Below, piece after piece: positions 20,060-30,446 of a stretch of 51,217 nt of DNA. The translations under genes and the position numbers were made by a program. Position 1 is the stretch's first letter. Every line of letters starts with the position of its first letter. The notes below the pieces were generated by a model, which searched no databases, had not been told where the DNA came from, and saw only the letters and a list, made by a program, of their open reading frames with translations. Source of the stretch: Candidatus Dadabacteria bacterium (lineage in GTDB: Bacteria > Desulfobacterota_D > UBA1144 > Nemesobacterales > CSP1-2); the NCBI GenBank assembly GCA_040289575.1, contig PSLL01000004.1, positions 50,002-101,218 of the forward strand, read 5' to 3'.

Positions 20060-20135
20060 AAATTCATAGGGACGTATTGCAATAGACTCTACCATAGCGA
20101 ATCACGAAATCCAAATCACAAGATACAAAAACAAA

Positions 20136-20903
20136 ATGAAGTTGCAAGATAAAATCGCCCTCATAACAGGTGGAGGAACAGGAATAGGAAAGGCTACAGC
20201 CATCCTCTTTGCCCAAGAAGGAGCAACAGTAATAGTAATCGGAAGGAGGAAGAGTAAGCTCGTAGAAACCGTAGATGCAGCTCAAAGAAATGGTGGCAGG
20301 GCCGACTATGTTGTCGGCGATGTATCAAATGTAAACGACACAGAAAGAGCTGTTAAAGAGACGGTACGCAGGTTTGGTGGCTTGGACATACTTATAAACA
20401 ACGCAGGCGTGTTTCGGGGAATTAAGATAACCGATGTTACCGAAAATGAGTACAACCGCATTATGGATATTAATCTCAAAGGTATATTCTTTATGTGCAA
20501 GCATGCGGTCCCTGAGATGGAAAAAAGGGGCGGAGGCACAATAGTAAATGTCGCAAGCATATTAGGAATAAAGGGATATAGAGCGGGTTCAACATCGGTA
20601 TATTCGGCCTCAAAGGCGGGCGTAATAATGCTCACAAAAGCGCTCGCACTTGAGCTTGTCCCCTATAAAATAAGGGTAAATTGTGTGTGTCCGGCAGTGG
20701 TAGAGACAGAGATATTTGAAACCCTAGGGATTCCAAAAGAGAGAATCCCTGAGCGTATGAAGAAGTGGGAATCTTATCACCCGATGGGAAGAAACGGAAG
20801 GCCTGAAGAGGTTGCCCGTGCCTTACTATACTTTGCATCCGACGATTCATCCTGGGCTACGGGATCAATACTCAATCTGGACGGGGGTGTGACGGCAGAG
20901 TAG
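20136..20903 (+). CDS. Short-chain dehydrogenase/reductase (FabG-like)
   Basis: TGGGTGIG, NNAG, YSASK, IRVNCVCP, LDGG. Confidence 0.93.
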   Translation: MKLQDKIALITGGGTGIGKATAILFAQEGATVIVIGRRKSKLVETVDAAQRNGGRADYVVGDVSNVNDTERAVKETVRRFGGLDILINNAGVFRGIKITDVTENEYNRIMDINLKGIFFMCKHAVPEMEKRGGGTIVNVASILGIKGYRAGSTSVYSASKAGVIMLTKALALELVPYKIRVNCVCPAVVETEIFETLGIPKERIPERMKKWESYHPMGRNGRPEEVARALLYFASDDSSWATGSILNLDGGVTAE

Positions 20904-20977
20904 ATAAACTAAGAGTCAATGCACCTACTTAGAAAACTACACCCGGAAGCAATATGCGTTACTGCAAGATATAGCCT

Positions 20978-21810
20978 TCATCTGCTTTGGCGGTGCTTGA
21001 CAGGGCCAGCCGCTTTTGTCAGGTTGAGCACAGTATTTATTAGCCCCACATGTGAAAACGCCTGGGGAAAATTTCCTATAAGCCGCCGTCCCTTTGTGTC
21101 GTATTCCTCTGACAACAAGCCGACATCATTGCGCAAATCCATCAGACGCTCAAAACCCCCCTCGAGCCCGCGAGGATCTCCGAGGCGTCCCTCATCATCA
21201 TCCTGGCCGCCTCTGCCTGGTTCTCGACCTGGATCCTCTGGGGCAGCTTCCTTATATCGTCCCTGTAGAGCAAGATTATCGGCTAACCAAAACGTGCAGA
21301 TCAGAAATACCCCTTCACCTGAAGGCAGGCCATCAATCTCTGGGTCACTGGAGTAGCGCCTGACAAATCCGTCTTGCATTAACCGTTTCTGTATTGCTTT
21401 CACTGTACCCTGAATACGCAGATCCTTTGGTGGTAAGAAGCCCACAAGCGGAAGCATCAATAGGCTGGCATCAAGTCTCTTTGATCCGTAGTACTGAACA
21501 AAAGAGTTTAGTTCTGGATCAAAGCCTTCACGGCAGACCTGGTCATGGATTTCCTTGCGCAGGCGACGCCACTTATCAATAGGACCACTAAGTCCGAATT
21601 TCTCAACCGACTTTACTGCGCGATCCACGGCAACCCATGCCATTACCTTGGAGTGTGTGAAGTGCCGTCTTGGCCCCCGAATCTCCCAGAGCCCTTCATC
21701 AGGCTTTTCCCAATCAGTTTCAAGAAACTCCATAAGCGCCTGTTGCACTCTCCATGCATTTTCGTTCGGCTCCAGCCCGACGCGTCGAGCAAAATAAAGC
21801 GCGTCTATAC
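20978..21810 (-). pseudogene. Glycoside hydrolase family 15 C-terminal remnant with foreign insert
   Basis: PDEGLWEIRG, HSKVMAW, LDASLL, EGVFLICTFW, GLLSEEYD, GNFPQAFSHVGL; N-terminal half missing. Confidence 0.9.
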
Positions 21811-21866
21811 AAATCCAAGCCAACCAACATAATAGACCTAACTGTCGGCAAATAATGACTCTTTAG

Positions 21867-21944
21867 TGGCGGGGGCGATGGGACTTGAACCCGCGACCTC
21901 TGGCTTGACAGGCCAGCGTTCTAACCGGGCTGAACTACGGCCCC
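21867..21944 (-). tRNA. tRNA-Asp(GTC), CCA encoded
   Basis: Cloverleaf with anticodon arm CTGGC-CTGTCAA-GCCAG and T loop GTTCAAGTC; two stem mismatches. Confidence 0.93.
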
Positions 21945-21987
21945 CAAGATTAGTTGATAACTAAGAACTATCAACTCTCAACTAACA

Positions 21988-22062
21988 TGGTGGGCGGTAC
22001 TGGTTTCGAACCAGTGACCTCTTGCTTGTAAGGCAAGCGCTCTTCCACTGAGCTAACCGCCC
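21988..22062 (-). tRNA. tRNA-Val(TAC), CCA encoded
   Basis: GGGCGGTTAGCTCAG...CTTGC-CTTACAA-GCAAG...GTTCGAAAC...ACCGCCCACCA. Confidence 0.96.
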
Positions 22063-22205
22063 TAAATCAATTCTCCCACAAGTGTTGCCTTCACCAATTA
22101 TAAAAAAGAAATAAGGGCGAATCTTGCATTATTTCGAGTGCAGTACCGTGAGAAATGAAATAACATAGATTGGCCCCTACATTCTAGAACAAAATTTAAG
22201 CCTTA

Positions 22206-24644
22206 TCAAGAAAGATTTACATTAGTTTCGACTATACTCTCGCCGATTGGAAGCGGGCCTAAAGGAGAAGTTGCTACATCATGAAGCACAGGGGTATCTG
22301 AAACTATAGCTTCCCTTATGACCTCATCCATATGCTCAACCATTTTGATCTCTATATCTTTCAAAATCTTGTCGGATATATCCTTTAGGTCTTTTTCATT
22401 TTCTCTAGGAATAATAACCTTCTTTACCCTACCACGATGGGCTGCTAATATCTTCTCCTTCAGTCCTCCGATAGGAAGCACCCTTCCACGGAGAGTAATC
22501 TCCCCTGTCATCGCTACATCATGCCTTATGGGTTTTCTCACGAGTGCAGACACAATAGCCGTCGCAATTGCAATACCGGCTGAAGGGCCATCTTTAGGAG
22601 TAGCACCCTCAGGAACGTGTATGTGTATATCTATCTTCTGATAGAAGTAGCGCTCAAGCCCTAGCTTCTCGGCTCTCGATCTAACATAACTCATTGCGGC
22701 CTGAGCAGACTCCTGCATTACCTCTCCGAGCTTTCCCGTAATTGTGAACGTTCCTTTACCAGGCACAATACCGACCTCAATCGTAAGGAGTTCTCCGCCA
22801 ACCTCAGTCCAGGCAAGGCCGGTTGAAATCCCAACCTGGTCTTTTTCCTCAATCTCCCCGAATCTAAACTTTGGAATCCCAAGATACTTGTGTATGGCAC
22901 CTGAATTAATCCTCGATACATGGTCGGGACCGTGCTTTACAACCTCTTTTGCCACCTTTCTGCAGAGTGTCGCGAGCTCGCGCTCCAGGGTTCTCACACC
23001 CGACTCACGCGTGTACTGTCTTATCACCGTTAAGATGCCGCTATCGGAGATTTTAAAATTCTCCGGCTTTAGCCCATGAGCCTCGAGTTGCTTAGGAATG
23101 AGAAACTTCTTTGCAATTTGAAGCTTTTCATCCTCTGTATAGCCGGGGAGGCGTATAATCTCCATTCTGTCTTGAAGCGCCCAAGGTATGGTATGGAGCA
23201 CATTTGCAGTGGTTATAAAAAGCACATTTGAAAGATCATAGTCTGCATCAATGTAATGGTCATTAAACGAATGGTTCTGCTCCGGATCAAGCGCCTCAAG
23301 AAGGGCCGCTGCGGGGTCACCTCTAAAGTCCATTCCAAGCTTATCAATCTCATCGAGCAAGAATACCGGATTGATAGTTCCCGCTTTTCTCATTCCCTGA
23401 ATAATCTTTCCAGGAAGTGCACCGATATATGTGCGGCGATGCCCTCTGATCTCAGCTTCATCCCTTACGCCGCCCAGTGATACCCTCACAAACTTTCTTC
23501 CCATAGAGCGGGCTATTGACTTGGCAAGGGAAGTCTTTCCAACCCCCGGAGGCCCTACAAAGCAAAGGATTGGTCCCTTCAGTTTCTTTGTAAGCGCCCG
23601 AACGGCAAGATATTCGACGATTCTCTCTTTCGGCCTCTCAAGCCCATAGTGGTCTTCATCAAGTATTTTAGCTGCCTCATCAATGTCGAGTCTATCCTCG
23701 GTCTTCTCATTTGTCCAAGGAAGGGAAAGAAGCCAGTCAATATAGTTCCTTACAACAGTAGCTTCAGCAGACATTGGGGACATCATCTTGAGCTTTTTAA
23801 TCTCACGCCTGACCTTTTGCTCAACCTCTTCGGGAAGGTTTTTTTGTTTTAATTTCTCCTCAAACTCCTGAATCTCAGATTTAAGGTCATCTTTCTCTCC
23901 TAGTTCCTTCTGAATTGCCCTCATCTGCTCAGTGAGATAATACTCCTTCTGAGCCTTCTCCATCTGCTTCTTTACCCTTGTTCTAATCCGCTTCTCTATC
24001 TGAAGGATTTCAACCTCGCCCTGTAGCTTCTCGTAGAGCTTCTCGAGCCTTTCGGCAGGGCTGAGGGCTTCGAGTATCTCCTGCTTATCCTGAAGCTTAA
24101 GTCCAAGGTGCGAGGCGATTGTATCTGAAAGACGCCCCGGCTCATCAATTGACGATATGGTTACAAGCACCTCAGACGGAATCTTTTTATTTAATTTTAC
24201 ATAATTCTCAAATGCGGTAATGAGCGTACGCATGAGGGCTTCAGTCTCAACCCTTCCATCGTCAACCTCAGAAACCCTCTCGGCTTCAACTAGGAAAAAG
24301 CTCGGATTCGGAATATAACGAATGATCTGTGCCCTTCTTTTCCCCTCTACCAATACCTTTACGGTTCCATCAGGGAGCCTAAGCATCTGGATTATAGTGC
24401 CTATAGTCCCAATTTTGTAAATATCCTCTTCATTCGGGTCATTTGTCTTGGCGTCCTTTTGAGCAACAAGTAGGATCTCTTTATCCTTTCTCATCGCCTC
24501 CTCAAGCGCGCGAATGGATTTCTCGCGGCCCACAAAAAGGGGCGCAACCATATAAGGGAAAATCACCACATCCCTAAGAGGCAAAAGCGGTATAGTGACT
24601 ATTTCCTGTTTTCTCTCTCCGTCAAATTTAAAGAACATTGGCAT
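22206..24644 (-). CDS. lon: ATP-dependent protease La
   Basis: [33 protein letters not shown]. Confidence 0.98.
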   Translation of the reverse strand: MPMFFKFDGERKQEIVTIPLLPLRDVVIFPYMVAPLFVGREKSIRALEEAMRKDKEILLVAQKDAKTNDPNEEDIYKIGTIGTIIQMLRLPDGTVKVLVEGKRRAQIIRYIPNPSFFLVEAERVSEVDDGRVETEALMRTLITAFENYVKLNKKIPSEVLVTISSIDEPGRLSDTIASHLGLKLQDKQEILEALSPAERLEKLYEKLQGEVEILQIEKRIRTRVKKQMEKAQKEYYLTEQMRAIQKELGEKDDLKSEIQEFEEKLKQKNLPEEVEQKVRREIKKLKMMSPMSAEATVVRNYIDWLLSLPWTNEKTEDRLDIDEAAKILDEDHYGLERPKERIVEYLAVRALTKKLKGPILCFVGPPGVGKTSLAKSIARSMGRKFVRVSLGGVRDEAEIRGHRRTYIGALPGKIIQGMRKAGTINPVFLLDEIDKLGMDFRGDPAAALLEALDPEQNHSFNDHYIDADYDLSNVLFITTANVLHTIPWALQDRMEIIRLPGYTEDEKLQIAKKFLIPKQLEAHGLKPENFKISDSGILTVIRQYTRESGVRTLERELATLCRKVAKEVVKHGPDHVSRINSGAIHKYLGIPKFRFGEIEEKDQVGISTGLAWTEVGGELLTIEVGIVPGKGTFTITGKLGEVMQESAQAAMSYVRSRAEKLGLERYFYQKIDIHIHVPEGATPKDGPSAGIAIATAIVSALVRKPIRHDVAMTGEITLRGRVLPIGGLKEKILAAHRGRVKKVIIPRENEKDLKDISDKILKDIEIKMVEHMDEVIREAIVSDTPVLHDVATSPLGPLPIGESIVETNVNLS

Positions 24645-24668
24645 CTTTCTTCCCCTCTACTAATAGAT

Positions 24669-25946
24669 TTATCCAGAACCTAAACGCCTTTCCTCCTCAT
24701 AGAAGAAAAGCGGAGCACCCGCGCCTTGTATTAAATCCTCCGTTATTACACAGCGTCTAAGTCCATTTAGAGATGGAACTTCGTAGGATATATCGAGCAT
24801 TATATTTTCGATTATAGCTCTCAGCCCACGCGCTCCGGTCTTTCTCTTGATTGCCTCCTGAGCAATCGTCTTCAGTGCACCCTCCGTAAATTCCAATTCA
24901 ACCCCCTCGAGTTCCATAAGTTTCTGAAACTGTTTTACAACTGCGTTCTTTGGCTTCGTAAGAATCTCAGTGAAGGTCCGTTCATCAAGCTCGTCCAGAG
25001 TCGCAACAACCGGAACCCTACCTACAAACTCCGGAATCATACCGAACTTTATCAAATCCTCCGGTTGAACCTCTTTTAAGATCTGACCCAAGCCCTTATC
25101 CTCTCTTTTGCCCAAGTTTACCCCAAAACCAATTGATTTTTCTCCAATTCTACGTCCTATAATATCCTCAAGCCCACAAAAAGCACCGCCACATATAAAA
25201 AGGATATTTGTCGTATCAACCTGAATAAACTCCTGTTGAGGATGCTTTCTCCCTCCCTTTGGGGGAACATTTGCCTTTGTGCCCTCTATGATCTTCAGCA
25301 GTGCCTGCTGAACTCCCTCTCCCGAAACATCCCTCGTAATCGAGGGGCTATCGCCCGATTTACGGGCGAGTTTATCTACCTCATCTATATATATAATACC
25401 TTTTGAAGCCCTTTCAACATCATAATCGGCGGCTTGAAGGAGACTCACTATCATATTTTCAACGTCCTCTCCCACATAGCCTGCCTCCGTGTAGCATGTA
25501 GCATCAACTATGGTAAATGGAACATCGAGAAACTTAGCAAGTGTCTGTGCCAGAAGCGTTTTTCCGCATCCCGTAGGACCCACGAGAAGGATATTACTCT
25601 TTTGAATGTCCACATCATTGCTCCGTTTCCCACTGTAGACATTGAGTTCTATCCTCTTATAATGGTTATAAACAGCTACAGCTAATATCTTTTTTGCTCT
25701 TTCCTGACCAATTACATACTCATCCAAAAATGTCTTAATCTGATACGGAGTAGGAAGCGTCGAGTAGCGACGCCTCAGATGACCTTCCTTTGCCTCCTCT
25801 TCAGCTATTATTTCATTGCATAGCTCAATACACTCATTGCATATATAAACAGTAGGACCTGCAATAAGCTTTTTGACCTCTTTCTGGCTCTTTCCACAGA
25901 ATGAACAATAAAGATTCCCGTCTCTTCCTTCACGTCTTGTAGTCAC
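24669..25946 (-). CDS. clpX: Clp protease ATP-binding subunit ClpX
   Basis: CSFCGK zinc finger, [21 protein letters not shown] loop. Confidence 0.98.
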   Translation of the reverse strand: MTTRREGRDGNLYCSFCGKSQKEVKKLIAGPTVYICNECIELCNEIIAEEEAKEGHLRRRYSTLPTPYQIKTFLDEYVIGQERAKKILAVAVYNHYKRIELNVYSGKRSNDVDIQKSNILLVGPTGCGKTLLAQTLAKFLDVPFTIVDATCYTEAGYVGEDVENMIVSLLQAADYDVERASKGIIYIDEVDKLARKSGDSPSITRDVSGEGVQQALLKIIEGTKANVPPKGGRKHPQQEFIQVDTTNILFICGGAFCGLEDIIGRRIGEKSIGFGVNLGKREDKGLGQILKEVQPEDLIKFGMIPEFVGRVPVVATLDELDERTFTEILTKPKNAVVKQFQKLMELEGVELEFTEGALKTIAQEAIKRKTGARGLRAIIENIMLDISYEVPSLNGLRRCVITEDLIQGAGAPLFFYEEERRLGSG

Positions 25947-26542
25947 TTTGCCGCTTCCTCCCTTTTTGCGATTATAGCATCAACTATGCCATACTCTAAG
26001 GCATCTTTAGCCGTGAGAAAAAAATCCCTCTCCGTATCCTTTGATATTCTCTCAAGCGGTTGTCCCGTATGCTTTGAGAGAATTCGGTTTATCTCTTCGC
26101 GAACCCTCAGAATTTCCTTGGCATGAATCTCAATGTCTGCGGCTTGCCCCTCAACACCACCTAAGACCTGATGAAGCATCACACGGGCATGAGGGAGAGC
26201 GTATCTTTTTCCCTTTGTACCGGCGGCAAGAAGCACAGCAGCCATGCTTGCAGCCTGACCAATGCAGATAGTTGCAACATCTGGCTTTATATACTGCATG
26301 GTATCATACATAGCAAGCCCTGCAGTGACGTGACCACCGGGAGAGTTGACATAAACGTAAATATCCTTTTCGGGATTTTCGGATTCCAGAAAAAGCAGTT
26401 GGGCGATTACCGTGTCTGCAACCGCATCCGTAATCGGAGACCCAATAAAAACAATCCTGTCTTTTAAAAGACGGGAGAAAATATCATATGCCCTTTCTCC
26501 CCTGTTGGTCTGCTCGATCACAATAGGCACATAACTGGACAT
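25943..26542 (-). CDS. clpP: Clp protease proteolytic subunit
   Basis: [26 protein letters not shown]. Confidence 0.98.
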   Translation of the reverse strand: MSSYVPIVIEQTNRGERAYDIFSRLLKDRIVFIGSPITDAVADTVIAQLLFLESENPEKDIYVYVNSPGGHVTAGLAMYDTMQYIKPDVATICIGQAASMAAVLLAAGTKGKRYALPHARVMLHQVLGGVEGQAADIEIHAKEILRVREEINRILSKHTGQPLERISKDTERDFFLTAKDALEYGIVDAIIAKREEAAK

Positions 26543-26553
26543 TCTGCTGGTTT

Positions 26554-26582
26554 AGTATACTGATTTTGACCCTCTTTGTCAA
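26554..26582 (-). promoter_or_regulatory. Internal sigma70 promoter for clpP (TTGACA-N17-TATACT)
   Basis: Near-consensus boxes fill the tig-clpP gap; 11 nt from -10 to ATG; no SD. Confidence 0.7.
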
Positions 26583-26583
26583 T

Positions 26584-27870
26584 CTAAGATTCCCCTCTTG
26601 AAACCTCTTCTACATTAGATTTTTCAATGAGAAATCGAAGAACTTTATCTTCAATTAAACGCGCCTCTAACTCTTCAATCATATTATTTTTTTCATAGAT
26701 CTCTCTTACCTTCTCAAAAGGGATCCGTACCGCTCTTGAAATCTCAGTGAGCTTATCCTCTATCTCTTCATCCTCTGCCTTAATTCCCTCCTTCCTCGCA
26801 ATTGCCCCCAGGATTATAGATGCCCTCACGTTATCAACTGCCCTTTGCCCGAGTTTCTCTTCAGCCTCATGACTCAGTTGTGGAACCTCAATTCCATGCC
26901 TCTGGAGATTATACTCAAATTCACGCCTCATACGAGCCACTTCATTCTCTATGAGACTTGGCGGAACATCAAAAGAGTTCTTCTCAAGGAGAGATTTGAT
27001 AATATCTCCCTTCAGCCTGTCCTCGGATTCTCTCTCTAGCCTTTTTTCTAAGTCCTCTTTAATCCTTTTCTTCAAACCTTCGAGACTCTCCTCACCCAAA
27101 TCCCTTGCAAACTCATCATCTATTTCCGGCAGGATTCTCTCAAGAATCTCTTTTACATTTACCCTAAATCTTACGGCCTTTCCGGCAATGTCCCTTATCT
27201 GAAAATCCCCAGGGTAGGTGAGCTCAAACTCCTTTTCTTCTCCTTTTTTCATCCCAATGAGATTATCCTCAAACCCCGCAATTAATTTTTTCTCCCCTAC
27301 TACAACATGAACATCTTTTGCCTGAAGGTCTTTAACAGGTCTTCCCTCGAGAAACCCCGTATAATCAATTATCAAGTAATCCCCTAACCTGACCCCTCTA
27401 TCCTCTTCAATAGGGTTAGCCTGAACCGACTGCTCTCTTATTTGATTTATTGCCCGCTCAACATCCTCGTCCTTTATATAACGCTTCTCCTTTTTCAGTT
27501 CAATCCCAATATAGTCTCTTACCTCAAATTCCGGGATCACCTCAAAGGTTACTGTATAGTGGAATTCCTTATCCTGCTCAATCTTGTCCGTTGTGATCCG
27601 CGGTCTGGATATTGGGATCACAGAAATCTCTTCAAGGGCCTTTTTAAATGACTCAGATATGAGTTTTGAAGACACCTCCTCAAATATATAGCTCCCGTAT
27701 TCAGCTTCTATAATCTTTCTCGGAGCCTTGCCGGGACGAAATCCCTTGATTTTCGCACTCTTCTTGATTTCGTTAAAAACCTCCTCTATCTTTGCCGCTA
27801 CATCCTCAGGGGGAATAAACACCTCGACCTTTTTCTCCGTATTGCTAAGCGATTCAACATTGACTCTCAT
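26584..27870 (-). CDS. tig: Trigger factor
   Basis: GFRPGKAP signature, FKBP domain (IAGFEDNLIGMK), synteny with clpPX-lon. Confidence 0.97.
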   Translation of the reverse strand: MRVNVESLSNTEKKVEVFIPPEDVAAKIEEVFNEIKKSAKIKGFRPGKAPRKIIEAEYGSYIFEEVSSKLISESFKKALEEISVIPISRPRITTDKIEQDKEFHYTVTFEVIPEFEVRDYIGIELKKEKRYIKDEDVERAINQIREQSVQANPIEEDRGVRLGDYLIIDYTGFLEGRPVKDLQAKDVHVVVGEKKLIAGFEDNLIGMKKGEEKEFELTYPGDFQIRDIAGKAVRFRVNVKEILERILPEIDDEFARDLGEESLEGLKKRIKEDLEKRLERESEDRLKGDIIKSLLEKNSFDVPPSLIENEVARMRREFEYNLQRHGIEVPQLSHEAEEKLGQRAVDNVRASIILGAIARKEGIKAEDEEIEDKLTEISRAVRIPFEKVREIYEKNNMIEELEARLIEDKVLRFLIEKSNVEEVSRGES

Positions 27871-28040
27871 GAAAATGAAACCCCTTTTTTATTTTAGCCG
27901 CAATTGAGCAAGGATTTACACAAATAGAATGATACACAATTCATAATACGACAAAGTACTTGCATGTGCCCTGCATCGTGTATCTTGCATCTTGTTGCCT
28001 TCTGATGATCTTCATTTGTGGCTAATTAACTTAGAATATG

Positions 28041-28122
28041 TGCGAGAGGGGGGAGTTGAACCCCCACGGGAAATCCCACTGGATCCTAAGTCCAGCGCGT
28101 CTGCCAGTTCCGCCACTCTCGC
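28041..28122 (-). tRNA. tRNA-Leu(TAG), CCA not encoded
   Basis: GCGAGAGTGGCGGAACTGGCAGACGCG-CTGGA-CTTAGGA-TCCAG, long variable arm, GTTCAACTC. Confidence 0.95.
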
Positions 28123-28173
28123 TTGCGGTTCCCTAAAATCCTCCCTCTTTGATCGCTACCCCAGATCCCGGAG

Positions 28174-28247
28174 TGGGCTGCGAGGGATTCGAACCCACGA
28201 CCCAGTGATTAAGAGTCACTTGCTCTACCAAGCTGAGCTAGCAGCCC
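28174..28247 (-). tRNA. tRNA-Lys(CTT), CCA not encoded
   Basis: GGGCTGCTAGCTCAG...AGTGA-CTCTTAA-TCACT...GTTCGAATC...GCAGCCCA. Confidence 0.95.
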
Positions 28248-28601
28248 ACTGTATCATTCCAATATCTTACAACACATTATGAATTTTCCAAATCCCTAAG
28301 GATGAAGGTTTCTTCCTTGTAAGCTCAATATTCAAATAACCTAAATATTCGTTTATCGCTACAATACAACTCCACTTTCACCTACCCTTGTTCCCGCTAT
28401 ATATCTGAGATCGTGAATTTAAGCTCTTTAATTAGTATGCCCGTGGGTGTTGAGAAAGGCGATTCTCACGTTCTTAATAGGCCTTTCGATTTTTCCGATT
28501 AGCTTTTCATGCTATTCTCAAGTCACATTTAAAGAAGAATCCCATTAAATTTAGTAGCACTTATTATAAACACGTTATTTTCAAAATCAACATTTCCCCT
28601 T

Positions 28602-28992
28602 TTAACAGTGATTCAATCGCAAAGACTCACCATCACTTTATGGGGTTTTCAACAAAACCTTTAAGTGCAACAGCGTTATTATGTTCTCTATCCTTTGCAC
28701 TGTAGATTAAAGTAAGATTCCCCCTTCGCCATTTCGGCGAGCCTTATAAGAAACCTCCTTTTTTCTTCGTTACCTGTGAATTCCTGTTTATACCTCTTAC
28801 AAAATTCCTTCCATCGAGAGGGAAGATGGGAAAACCATTTTCTAAGTTCAGTGCTTGGAGCAACTTCCTTTAACCACAGGTCAATCTTAATTTCCTCTTT
28901 TTTAAGCCCCCTTGGCCATAATTCGTCAACCAGAGCCCGTATTCCATAATCTTTTTCCACTTTATCATAAACTCTAATTTCGTCTTAATCAT
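28602..28992 (-). pseudogene. DUF488/YeaO-family protein with two frameshifts
   Basis: Pieces MIKTK / RVYD...[28 protein letters not shown] / [20 protein letters not shown] are separated by frame changes. Confidence 0.85.
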
Positions 28993-29150
28993 GATACACT
29001 ACCCCTTTTTAAGACATTCAACTCCAAATATAGTAAAGCCCTTCCAAAAGTCACCAATAAATCACACGGGGTTTTAAGATTATGGAGAAATACTCTTTAT
29101 AGCCCAATCTCCTGGGTTTGGAATTATCCTTTTTTATTAATCGGTATTTG

Positions 29151-29843
29151 TTAAATTTCTAATCTACTGCAATCACTCTTTAACAGCAATCTGATCCTGT
29201 CAAACACCACCGATACCACACGATCGCAACGTGTGGCATCAAACTGGAATGCACCCACAGTCGCAATCCCGATGCGTGAATAGATCTCTTCGCGCAGTAA
29301 AGCACGCGCCCTGTGCAAGCGTGTCTTGACGGTCTCCTCAGTAATGTCGAGACACTCAGCCATTTCAGCAGTGCTCATCCCCTCAATCTCCCTCGGCACG
29401 AAAACCGAACGATAACTCTCAGGCAGTGAATCAACCGCGGCTTCTAATACCGCCTTCAGTTCCCCGGTTAGTAATTGCTGCTCGGGATCAGGTGTTTTGG
29501 ATATACCCATACCCTCCCTCCATGATTTTGATACCAAGTCAATATCCACAAATCGGCCGCGTCGGCGAACCCGCGCCAAAGCCTCATTTACGGCGATCTT
29601 TGTCAGCCAGGTTGAGAATTTAGCCCGTCCAGAAAACTGATTAAGGTGTGTGTATGCATGGACGTAGGCGTCTTGCATCACATCCTCCGCCTCGCTGTCA
29701 TCCCCCAGTATGGCACGAGATACACGGTAGAGCCGCTGGTTGTACCGACGCATGAGGATTTCAAATAGCGTGATTTCACCGGCGAGTATTAGCCTCTCCA
29801 CCTCTTCGTCGGACATAGCATCGGCATTTGCTCCGGTACTCAT
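29151..29843 (-). CDS. ECF sigma factor with C-terminal F-x-F-x3-RCD extension
   Basis: Region 2 EAEDVMQDAY, FSTWLTKIAVN; region 4 TVKTRLHRAR; tail AFQFDATRCDRVV. Confidence 0.92.
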   Translation of the reverse strand: MSTGANADAMSDEEVERLILAGEITLFEILMRRYNQRLYRVSRAILGDDSEAEDVMQDAYVHAYTHLNQFSGRAKFSTWLTKIAVNEALARVRRRGRFVDIDLVSKSWREGMGISKTPDPEQQLLTGELKAVLEAAVDSLPESYRSVFVPREIEGMSTAEMAECLDITEETVKTRLHRARALLREEIYSRIGIATVGAFQFDATRCDRVVSVVFDRIRLLLKSDCSRLEI

Positions 29844-29885
29844 TACAGCTCAGCCCCCTGTGTGGTTTACCAACCCTAATATAAT

Positions 29886-29913
29886 ATAGAGTCATCTACA
29901 AACAAAAAGTTAC
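29886..29913 (-). promoter_or_regulatory. Putative autoregulatory ECF promoter GTAAC-N16-ACTCTAT
   Basis: Identical boxes and spacing to the divergent motif at 29933-29960. Confidence 0.7.
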
Positions 29914-29932
29914 GAGTTTTCTTCTCGAATCT

Positions 29933-29960
29933 GTAACCAATCCTTTCCTTAAAACTCTAT
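29933..29960 (+). promoter_or_regulatory. Putative ECF promoter GTAAC-N16-ACTCTAT for the 30013-31007 operon
   Basis: Mirror copy of 29886-29913; AAC-type -35 is typical of ECF promoters. Confidence 0.7.
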
Positions 29961-30012
29961 GTTCTATAGAGCAAAGATCAAATCTACTCTCAATTAAGAG
30001 GGAGGAATAGAA

Positions 30013-30438
30013 ATGAAGCGAATAAGCATAGGTTTAATGCTCTTGGCTCTCTGTCTTCTGGCTTTAGGAGGCAGTGCACAGACTGCTCTGTCACAGGAGA
30101 TGGCCCCTCCAGGAGGCAAGTACAAGAAAGTTAGCTCGCTTGTGAAATTGCCAGATTTTCTCCCCGGCCTCGGAACGCTTTATGTAGACCCAGACACACT
30201 ACCAGCAGGCCCATTCCTGGCCTATGACCGTGAAGGCCACCTTGCCAGCACAGTCTATATGATTCCACTTAAAGACATCAACGACCACAAGGCCTTCAAC
30301 AATCTGGCCGTTGCACAGGGACAAAAGGTAGACCACGTTGATATATACTATAGTGCGGGACATCCGGGCGTGCCCGAGCCGCACTATTACATCATACTTT
30401 GGTATATCTCACCTGAGAAGGCGGCAGCACTCCCGTAG
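30013..30438 (+). CDS. Exported TTHB210-like (DUF5602-related) protein
   Basis: Signal peptide; LPDFLPGLGTLYVDPDTLPAGPFLAYDR..DHV...GHPGVPEPHY closely recalls Thermus thermophilus TTHB210 (recognised from memory). Confidence 0.75.
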   Translation: MKRISIGLMLLALCLLALGGSAQTALSQEMAPPGGKYKKVSSLVKLPDFLPGLGTLYVDPDTLPAGPFLAYDREGHLASTVYMIPLKDINDHKAFNNLAVAQGQKVDHVDIYYSAGHPGVPEPHYYIILWYISPEKAAALP

Positions 30439-30446
30439 GAGGCATT

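Noticed and set aside
28041..28247. tRNAs lacking encoded CCA
   Set aside because: Common in bacteria with a CCA-adding enzyme.
27992..28282. 96-aa plus-strand ORF
   Set aside because: Antisense to tRNA-Leu and tRNA-Lys.
28290..28600. Possible riboswitch or ncRNA upstream of tRNA-Lys
   Set aside because: Only a short TGAGAA..TTCTCA stem; no recognisable aptamer.
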